Positions 10,947 to 20,000 of a stretch of 20,000 bases of DNA are shown here, piece after piece. Numbering within the stretch: position 1 is the stretch's first letter; the number at the start of each line of letters is the position of its first letter. The translations under genes and the position numbers were made by a program. The notes under the pieces are model-generated. The model had not been told where the DNA came from and did not search any database. It saw nothing but the letters and a program-made list of their open reading frames with translations. This DNA is from Chromera velia (taxonomy: Eukaryota), in NCBI GenBank assembly GCA_018398765.1, contig JAHBMJ010000477.1:107031-127030 (forward strand). The letters are read 5' to 3'.

Positions 10947-11417
10947 CCCTGCAGATAGCTAGGATTTTGCGGGATTTTAGCCCAGGATTTTAGCGGATTT
11001 TACGGGATTTTAGCCTAGATTTTAGCAGATTTAGGCGGATTTTGCCCAAGATTCTGCCGGACTATTTCTCCAGGATTTTAGAATCTAAAATCCTGGCTTT
11101 AGCGATTATAAAGACTAAAATCCTGGATCCTAGAATTTTAGAAATGAATGCCAGGATTTTACGGGATTATATCTTTCCCGTAAAATCCCGTAAAAATTAA
11201 ACGGTAAAATCCTAAGAAGAGGCTAAGATTTTAGCTTTCTTCCAGGATTTTAGATTCTAAAATCCTAGATGTAGGGATTGTATTTCTAACGTTAAGAGTC
11301 CGGCAGAATCCTGGGCAAAACCCGCCAAAATCCGTTAAAATCCTGGCCAAATTAAATCCCGTAAAATCCGCTAAAATCCTAGGCTAAAATCCCGCAAAAT
11401 CCTGGCTACCTGCAGGG
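10947..11417. mobile_element. Non-autonomous DNA transposon (MITE/foldback), 471 bp, ~115-120 bp imperfect TIRs, CCC...GGG ends, probable 2-bp TG TSD
   Basis: Left end CCCTGCAGATAGCTAGGATTTTGCGGGATTTTAGCCCAGGATTTTAGCGGATTTTACGGGATTT matches the reverse complement of the right end, through to GATTCTGCCGGACT. Flanks read caTG|CCC...GGG|TGat. Confidence 0.88.
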
Positions 11418-12039
11418 TGATGATGATGGTGAAAGTTCATATTTATCTACCTTACGGGGGAATGCATTTTGAGATTTGTTCCTAGCATGCCCGCTTTACT
11501 TTGGTCGTTCCATTCCTCTATGCAACACTGCAACACATCTTGCTAATTCTGGCTAGACATCTGGCTACATTGCTGGTTTACTCTATTTATCATTATTATC
11601 ATCATCATACACCATCGCTATCGGCCCATAATAGGCGTCTAGCGTTCAGCAAGTCACAACGTGCAAGGCAGATTGTTAAATGATGGACCCTCATTTCATA
11701 ACGTTATCTCTATATATTCGTTAAATTTTGTTACGTTTTCTCATGAATAAAAACTTTTGTGTACATATTTTTTTATGTGAAGAATCCAAAGTTACTATTG
11801 ACTTCCTAAGGCAGAAAAATATAATCAATTCGGATCGAATTCGGGGGCACATGTCATCAAATCTATGAGTATACAATCATAAGAAAGTTATTAGAATTCC
11901 AAGCTACAAGCTTTACAGGCATTGGTAACAAGATTGATGACTTCGATAGGAATTCTAGTGGGAATTCAAAGTTACTATTTTATACATGAAATGAGGTACT
12001 AGGTGAGGTGATTCAACCATAATCTAGACCGTAATTAAG

Positions 12040-15000
12040 GTGATGTTAATGATGATTGAGGGTTAAATCCTAGATTTAGCGACGCCAAATCCCAAGCCAT
12101 TAGCAAGGCTTTGAGGACAACCCAAAGCACACATTCATGGGGGGAGGGATGAGGAAGCCTACATGCCAATCAGATTGATTCGCCTCAACTTGCCTTATCA
12201 ACAGAATGGACCTTTTTGAAACAGTTGGCTATAGCTTTGGAACCGCTTCTAGGCAGAATTGTGCACAACAGTTACACCATATCCTTCATTGTTTTCTTAT
12301 TATCAGAAGTGCCCCTCCTGGTTGCACCTGCAACGCGTTGTGCGATCTGTATTCTTATGTCAATGGGCGCTTTCTGCTTCACAATTTCATACAGTTCTTT
12401 CAGCCTGTTCCGTTCCCTTTCTATGTGCTTACATTCTATCAGAACATGAACCTCATCTTTGATCATATGCAAAGGGGACAAACATTTATCGCACAGCCGT
12501 TCCGGTTGGGTTCTATTTATATCCCCCTCTGTGAAAGCCCTAAAAAGCGTACGAAAGCCTGCAGAGGACTGTAATAGACTCTTTGGCAGAGGTTCAACAG
12601 TGCACTCTATCATTTCACTTCTCGGACGCCATTTCCTTTCATTCAGAAGGTATATGGCCAAACGCTGTCTGGACGGATTCTCTGATTCAATTTGGAAAAG
12701 GGTGAGATTCGCAAGATAGAAAAAAATTCTGTCTCTGTCTCTAACGTTTTTAGTTTCTTCTTTCAACCAGTCGGACAGCCAGACACTTTCTACGATCTTT
12801 TTTGCCGCCCTTTTCCTTCTGCCCTTGCCTTTCCTTTTAAACTTGTCCCCCACTGTGCTTGGCAATGGAGGCCACAAAAAGGAGCAATCTAATGGAACAG
12901 CCAGCCATTTTACTGTCTTAACGAAGGGTTCACACTGCCCATTCCACACTGCCCAGGGTAGAGCACGGTCGATCAATTTGATGCATTAGATGAAGCCCCC
13001 ACTCAACTTACCAAGTAGAGAACTGAATGGCTCAAGAGAGAGAGAGAGAAGGGAAGGCGAAACGAAGGAGTGATGGGAGAGACCAAAACAATATCAAACA
13101 AAACGTAACTGTAATGCATCAAGGCAGGCAACATCTGTCTTTCTCAGCGGGATCGTTTCCAGTCTATGCAGCGCGACTGGCAGCCAGAGGGCCTTGAACA
13201 AAGTAATTTTAGAAAAGGGAGAAACAAAGCCCAGAGAAGAGAGAGTACCAAACACAGCCTCCAATGCCTTCTCTACCGCCTCAATGCGGACTTCGACTGT
13301 CTTACTAAGGTTCCCACCCTCAAAAACCTAGTTGCCCAAATACTTATATTTCTTTACCGCTTCCACTGGTCTGCTTTCATAAAGAAAAGGGGTCCAGGGC
13401 ACTAGGTCGGGGTGGAGGGAGGAGAGACGCATAACTTTTGTCTTCTTTAAATTCACCTTCAGGCCGTGCTCCTTACAATAGTCCTCGAGGCGAGACAGGC
13501 ATTTCTGCAAGTCTGAAGCACTGTAAGCAAACAAAACAAGGTCTTCAGCATATCCGATGCTTTTGATTAAAACGTCAGACAGTTTAACAGGAGTCTCTCT
13601 ATCTGATTTAGTATCCCCAGCCGAGCTTTGATTCCTGTTTTCATTATCAGAGCTAACAGACTTATGCAGATTGTTGATAAAAAGAAGAAAGAGGAGAGGA
13701 GAGAGAGGATCGCCTTGTTTTACTCCTCTGCCTTCTGGAAAGCATTCTGTTGCCCTATTCACCCGAGCCTTCACCTGACTATACATCGAATGAATTATCC
13801 AAACATCAGCTTGGCTTACTCTTTCCTCCTTGAGCCTCTCTAACATTTTGACCTGAAGAACTGTATCAAACGCCTTGCTGAAATCAATAAACGCGGCAAT
13901 CAGGAGGCTTTTCTTCTTTTTGGAGCTGAGAATTAACGAAGATAGAGCAGCGAAGGCCTCCCTTGTCCCTACCCCCTGTCTGAAGCTAAGCTGCCTTTCG
14001 TCAATTTTCACCTCCTTCCTGATTTTTAAGTCCATCAATAAAGCAAAAATCTTACCCAGAAGCCCTATAATGTAGATCGGGCGCCATTCGTTACAGTTGA
14101 GACTCGGTGGGCCCTTTGGGACGGGAACAATGCGCAATACATTCTAGCGTTCAGGCCAAAAAGAAAAAATATGAAACAAATTGAAAAGGACAAAGAGCAG
14201 AAAGCGGGAGAGAGGAGAAAAACCAAAACATAACGAAAGGTGACAAAGGCTAACCCCATCTAAACCTAACGCCTTCTTTGGGTCAATTCCTTTCAGTGTT
14301 TCCTCAATCATGTGTATAGAGAAGGCGGGCTGATAAGGAGGGGGGAAAGCCAGACTAATAGGTGCAGACGGAAGACCAGGACCGTCGAAGACCCCTGCCC
14401 AGAACTGAGTGAAGGAAAATGCAGCAGGTTTATTATCCCCTCCCTTCTGTGTTTTGATTTTCCTGTTCCATTGCCAAACTTTCAAGGGGTCAACTGCTGC
14501 TTCTCTAGCCAGTCTCTCTGCTGTCTGTTGCTCGAGTTTACTCCTTTTTGCTGCAAACAGTCGAGCTCTTTCCCTTCTTAGTTTGACATATTCTTTTTGC
14601 AGAGGGTGAGAAGGGTTCAGGACATGTCTTGCCTTTTTCTCTGCCTCCTTTACCTTCAAATGAATCAGGCGGCATTGTGGGTCCCACCAAGCCTGATGGG
14701 TGCTCTGCTTTCTCCCAGACTGTCTTCTCTTCTTGGATGCCTTTCCCTCGTCTACCACTGCACCCACTTTGCTGTCTGCTAGCCTTTCTTCCCAGAAAAG
14801 ACCCAACTGTTCCAATTGGTCAAGATAAGAAGCCTTGCTGAGAAAGTTGGGGGGGGGAGCATTCTGAGGGGGAGGTGGTTGTGGGGGAAGGGGTAGTAGG
14901 TCAGGGGGAGGTGGGATAGGGGGAACAACTTAACCTCCTTCATGCAGTTCGTTTACCCCTCTGTCGAACAGGTGGGGAAAAACCGTCTCAGAAAACGGCA

Positions 15001-16110
15001 GGACCGCTCTGGCGAGAGGAATCATTTCATCATCAGTCACCGGGGAAGTTCTATTTACAGTGAGGAGAGGGGGGAGAATACAGAAATTCTTTTCGCCCAT
15101 GGGGGCATGTGGAGGATTAGAAGATATAGAGGGAGGAGATGAATCAAGAAAAAAAGAAAAAGAAAGAACAACATGTTGTGGGGCAAAGTTAGCTTCCAGG
15201 TTTGAAGTGGTAGAGGACCAGGCTGTCAAAAGAAAAGGATCTAGAAAAAAGTGATCAATCGCTGTTGTTTCTTCTCCTGCTTTAAATTAAAAAAAGTGCA
15301 CGGGCCCGGAAATGAGACATCAACACCCAGCCTCTCACATTTTAAGGACAGGCCGTGGAGAGGAATTAAGTTAGAGCGTTCACAAAGACGGATCAGTCAA
15401 TTCCCTTGCTCGTCAGGTTGACTGCCATGGCTGCAGGCTGACAATCGAGAGGGCTTACAAGCATCAACTTCGTTCTCTTCTCTGCTTTCATCAGTGGGAC
15501 ATAGCATTCTTTCCCAAGTCAGCCCTTCCAGCATCCGAGTCCCCAGCTTGCCGTTCATGTCCTCAACCAGGATACGCAAATCCTCGAGAGGTACCTGACA
15601 TAGTGCATCGATCACGCCCTTTCTCTCTCTGTCTCTTAGCTTCCTGTCTCTCTGTCTCAGGTCAGACCCTCTAGGTAGAAAGTACACACCGAAAACATAG
15701 AGGACTCTTGTGGCTGACTCCCCTCCTTCTGAGGGAGAATTAAGGCACACTCACTGACAGACGGACTAGATTTTGACCCACCAGCTCCCACCTTAGCTGC
15801 AGTTCATGAACTAAAGAATTCCTGACTAGGCTGCATACACCCCCTGTCCTTGCTTCCCCGATGGTTGCGGTTTTCCTTCTCGACCCTTCCACTTTGATTT
15901 TCCTTCTCAACCACTCAAAGTGATCGAAATTATGCCCTGTGTGAGTGGATGTTCTTACGAGCATGGAGGGGCACTTCGTTTCAGTTAACACCACAATGTC
16001 TGCCTGGCAAGCGGCCAGCCACCGCTTGAGAGCCTTGCTTCATATGCGTAACCCCAGCCCCCCCACATTTACCGTTTTTATTGTAAGTTTTCTTCTTCCT
16101 AAAGCCATGA
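12040..16110 (-). mobile_element. Degenerate non-LTR retrotransposon (LINE): APE endonuclease + reverse transcriptase + C-terminal CCHC motif; RTEX-like by motif appearance
   Basis: APE pieces: TVNVGGL, DIVVLTET, GGV..LVR, GVYFLP, EDMNGKLG (16108-15400) and AIDHFF (~15255). Linker: WWDPQC. RT (13328-14300): IVPVPKG..WRPI, FIDFSKAFDTV, GVKQGDPLSPLLF, YAED, YKYLG. C-terminus: ERLCDKC..DEVHVLIEC. Multiple stops and frameshifts. Boundaries approximate. Confidence 0.9.
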
Positions 16111-16279
16111 GACCAGACCTTACGTCGTAAGAAGGAGAGAAAGCATTGTAGGAGGGTGAGGATGCAGAAGGGAAGAAAAGGGAGGGGGGGGACGGCTGAA
16201 AGACCCATTGAGGGATTGAAGAGGTTGCGGAGGGGCACACCGGTGGGGCAGAGGCAGAAGCACATGCAGAAGCCGAAGC

Positions 16280-16387
16280 ACAAGAGGAAGAAGAAAAAGA
16301 AACAGAAGAAGAAGAACAACAAGAAGAAGAAAAAGAAGAAGAAGAGGAGGATGAGGAAGAAGGAGAAGAGGAGGAGGAGGAGGACGA
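16280..16387. repeat. (GAA)n/(GAG)n trinucleotide tract upstream of the LINE coding start
   Basis: Direct reading. Confidence 0.85.
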
Positions 16388-17055
16388 CGATACTCCAACC
16401 GGAGGAGGGGGAAGGTCGGAAGGAGAACCTGCATGACGCTTTTATCGGTCTAAGACTTCACATTTTCTGAGTCTGCGGCTCTGGCCAACCGACACCCTAA
16501 CCCGCATCATGCATTAGTATCAGTTCAAACAACTATATCTAGGACTATATATCATTCTTTTTATTCTGCACAGAATATTCTACAACTAATTATGACGTAT
16601 AGGTAGACACTTGAAGTCTTCCGCTTGGATAAACTTACAGTTAAATAAGCTGTTACGTTGAATAGCGGTAGTCAGCAATCACGTCATTCACATGTAGACT
16701 TGAAGTTCTTGTCATGTGGCACCGTTACAGTACGTTTCATGAAAACCAAAAGGCACACTGGCAGACAAGAACAAAACTATGTGAAGTTGTCTGCCTGTTG
16801 TCTGACTTAACGTATTTACTGGGACAAGACCAGAGAATAGAAAGGAGAAAACCCTTCAAAAATCCTTCCTGAATCAAACGTTCAAGTCCCACGACATAGC
16901 AAAATTGAGGAGAGCAATCAGCGAGAAAGGTTTGACCTCCTTCCCTGCCTTTTGATCCGTTCTTTTCTCACCTGCCGCGTTGCCAGATCGTCCCTTGTCT
17001 TTCCCGTCTCTTCGCACCTCCCCAGACCAGCTGATCCTTGCATGATACCCCAACT

Positions 17056-17075
17056 TCTCTCTCTCTCCCTCCCTC

Positions 17076-17141
<66 letters not shown>

Positions 17142-17146
17142 TATGT
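17056..17146. repeat. Compound (CT)n(GT)n microsatellite
   Basis: Direct reading. Confidence 0.9.
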
Positions 17147-17504
17147 GCATGTGTTCAGCCACCCCTTGGATCCCACGAGAACATCCGTGCACCACAAAGG
17201 TCACGGTATGCTTCGGCATTCCACTGAAGCGGCCCGAAGCCAGGGACCCGCATACCTCCGGGAACATGAAAGATCGAAACATAAAGAAATTAAGCAAACC
17301 CCCCTTCTCGATTCATTCCATCACATGTTGCACGTTCATCAATAAAGGTGACTTGAATCAAGATCGATCCAGTCTGTCTGCAGGGCTTTGCTGCATCTGC
17401 AGTCTTTTTTTTTACCTTTTCGAGAATGTCATGCTGCCGCAAAAAGAAAGCGTGAAAGAGAGAAAGGAAAAAAAGACGAACCCAAGAACGAACAAGCGAA
17501 CCAC

Positions 17505-17514
17505 TAAAAGAAAC

Positions 17515-17550
<36 letters not shown>

Positions 17551-17552
17551 CA

Positions 17553-17584
<32 letters not shown>

Positions 17585-17850
17585 AAAGAAAGAGAGAAAG
17601 AAAGGAAGAAAGGAAGGAAGGAAGAAAGAAAGAGAGAAAGAAAGGAAGAAAGGAAGGAAGGAAGGAAGAAAGAAAGAGAAAGAAAGAAAGAAAGAAAGAA
17701 AGAAAAGAAAGAGAGAAAAAAGAGAAAAAAAGAAAGAAAGAAAGAAAAGAAAGAAAGAAAGAAAGAAAGACAGACAGACAGAAAGAAAGGAAGAAAGAAA
17801 GAAAGAAAGAAAGAAAGGAAGGAAGGAAGGAAGGAAGAAAGAAAGAAAGA

Positions 17851-17904
<54 letters not shown>

Positions 17905-17932
17905 AAGAAAAGAAAGAAAGAAGAAAGAAAGG

Positions 17933-17968
<36 letters not shown>

Positions 17969-18074
17969 GAAAAAAAGAAGAAAGAAAGAAAGAAAGAAAG
18001 AAAGACAGACAGACAGAAAGACAGAAAGACAGAAAGAGAGAAAGAAACAGCAAGAAAGAAAGAGCAAGAGCTGA

Positions 18075-18122
<48 letters not shown>

Positions 18123-18147
18123 CAGACAGAAAGAAAGAAAGAAAGAA

Positions 18148-18183
<36 letters not shown>

Positions 18184-18250
18184 GAAAAAAAGAAAGAAAG
18201 AGAAAAAAAGAAAGAAAGAGAAAGAAAGAAAGAAAGAGAAAAAAAGAAAG

Positions 18251-18285
<35 letters not shown>

Positions 18286-18286
18286 A

Positions 18287-18326
<40 letters not shown>

Positions 18327-18351
18327 AAAAAGAAAGAAAGAGAGAAAGAAA
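17505..18351. repeat. ~850-bp polypurine (AAAG)n/(AAGG)n/(AG)n/(ACAG)n satellite tract
   Basis: Almost only A/G on the + strand, with rare C. Confidence 0.97.
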
Positions 18352-18534
18352 TAACGAAGTCCAGAAAGAACGAACGAAGTTCAACGAACGAAAGAAAGGA
18401 CAGACAAAAAAATGAATGTATGAAAGACCAAAAGAAAAAACAGAATGCAATACGAGGAGGGAGAGGAGGAAGCCAGCTACGGACCCACACGCAGGGGGAG
18501 TGAGCGCATCACTCCGCTGCGGCTGATATTGCTG

Positions 18535-19740
18535 CTACTGCTGCTGCCGAGGCAGGCTGGCAAGGAAGTAACGGATTGCAGAATGCTCAGGTCTTATGTA
18601 GCTCAGAGCCTCCGTCATCGCAAGCGCCGTCTTTCCGTGGATATCCACAGCACTCACATTAATGCCAAGGGAAACGAGCATTTCGGTGATAGGAAGCTTC
18701 CCTGGGTAATTGCACGAACTGACTAGACAGACAGCAAAGTGCAGGGCCGTCCGTCCAAAAGCATCTGTTGCGTGCACGTCGGCACCAGCATCGAGAAGAA
18801 CCTGCGCTGTATTTTCAAACCCTGCTCCGGCAGCTAGATGAAGCGGGATTCGCGCTGCTTTTTCTGTTTTCACATTCGGGTCCGCCCCTCGGGAGAGGAG
18901 GAGCTTTGCAAAGTCTTCATGCTCACGAGGGAGACAAAAGGACTGAACAGCTCTAAGCATTGCGTAGGAGAGCGCAGTGAAACCGTCAGGTCCTCTTTTG
19001 TCCACTTCCGCCCCAAATCAAGCAGGCGCTTGGCCGCCTCCTTCTGACACCACCTGACGGCTTGCTGAAGCGCGGTGTGTCCTTGGGCATTCGTGCTGTT
19101 GACGTCGGCTCCATTCGAAACAAGACAGCCAACAAGATCAACCAAGCCTTTCTCAACAGCCAGATGAAGTGGGCTCAGAGTTTGCCTAGGCCGAGGGTCT
19201 GCCACTGCTTTTACGTTTGCCCCCTTGGAAACGAGAAATTTGGCAATCTTAGATCGGCGCACGAAAATTGCACAGAGAAGGGCGGTGCGTCTATGCTGGA
19301 AATTCCGCACACATGAAACTTCAAGCCCCGCCCCCGCCTCCACAAGCAGCCGCACTGCTTCCATATGCCCAGCATGGATGGCTCGTGAAACAGCCGTCCT
19401 TCCCTCCACAAACCCGTTTATGTCAGCCCCCACAAACAGAAAGAGGTATAGAGCGTCTGTCTCCCCCCTTTTGATGAAGGTTGTGTGCAGTCTCTCTGAC
19501 TTGACAGCGCCAAAAGACCGAATGACTCTGCCAACGGGACGCATGAAAAGACGGGCCCATCTGATACCCAAAACCCTTCTGCCACACTCATAGGGAGGGA
19601 ACTCATCCACTGGGGGCGAGGAAGAAGAAGAACCCCCCCCAGCTTCAGTCTGACGCTCATCGCCGTCTCCTCTTGTCACTGTCTCCGTCTCGGCAGAATT
19701 CTGCACACCGCTCTCGCAAGAAAGCAGAATTTCGTGTCGA
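18535..19740 (-). pseudogene. Ankyrin-repeat protein gene with a 1-bp frameshift at ~19011-19014 (pseudogene or assembly error); 5' end unresolved
   Basis: Ankyrin repeats in ORF 19706-18870 (GRTAVSRAI..AVRLLVEAGA, RTALLCAI, SPLHLAVEKGL..LVSNGADVN, GHTALQQAV) continue in another frame in ORF 19005-18535 (GFTALSYA, IPLHLAAGAG..LLDAGADVH, GRTALHFA, GKTALAM). Confidence 0.8.
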
Positions 19741-20000
19741 AGAGTCAGTGAGTGGTCCAGTTAAGAAGACGTTCACACGGTTGCGGTGGTCTCTTTGCAG
19801 GACCACGTTTGTAGGCCTCCTGATGAACAGGCAGTCAGCGGATGTCAGCTATAGCGGTCCCGAGACTTTTAAACTCGCGAGTGCGTGCGTCATGCAGCTT
19901 TTTGCCAGCCGTCTCCACCGTCTCGTCGATCGGCCGGACTCCAGTCAGGAAAAGAAGAGAGAAGACTTGCACCTCTGACTCTCATGAAAAGTACTGCATC

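Noticed and set aside
10947..11417. CRISPR-like or telomeric array interpretation of the GGATTTTA repeats
   Set aside because: No unique spacers and eukaryotic context. The repeats are arranged as inverted arms with transposon-like ends.
14848..14925. G-quadruplex-like G-runs
   Set aside because: Explained as the antisense of a Pro-rich linker within the LINE ORF.
16120..16470. Possible LINE ORF1 or Lys-rich protein
   Set aside because: Dominated by GAA/GAG repeats, with no gag, zinc-knuckle or RRM motif.
16495..16522. Weak inverted similarity to the LINE 3' end (TAACCC..ATCAT..CATTA), suggesting TIRs
   Set aside because: Short, gapped and low-complexity; LINEs do not have TIRs.
17038..18490. 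Long K/E/R-rich (+) and F/L/S-rich (-) ORFs of 213-438 aa
   Set aside because: They result from a stop-free (AAAG)n tract that is open in several frames; no coding signal.

Overview
Eukaryotic, microsatellite-rich genomic DNA. It resembles a chromerid/alveolate such as Chromera velia, inferred from intron style and the ankyrin gene type and not proven. Left to right: (1) a 7-exon, minus-strand TDY-type MAP kinase gene (6537->2200, 752 aa) with several large insertions; (2) a ~2.4 kb divergent intergenic region with three same-orientation, differently deleted copies of a small element that has the architecture of a non-autonomous Helentron/DINE-1-type rolling-circle transposon; (3) an intronless GDPD1/GDE4-like gene (8998-10647) whose catalytic residues are replaced, a probable pseudoenzyme; (4) a 471-bp CCC...GGG MITE/foldback element with a 2-bp TG TSD; (5) a decayed minus-strand APE-RT-CCHC LINE (~12040-16110); (6) an ~850-bp almost pure purine (AAAG)n tract; (7) a minus-strand ankyrin-repeat gene split by a 1-bp frameshift. 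Most other ORFs in the track are microsatellite or antisense artefacts.
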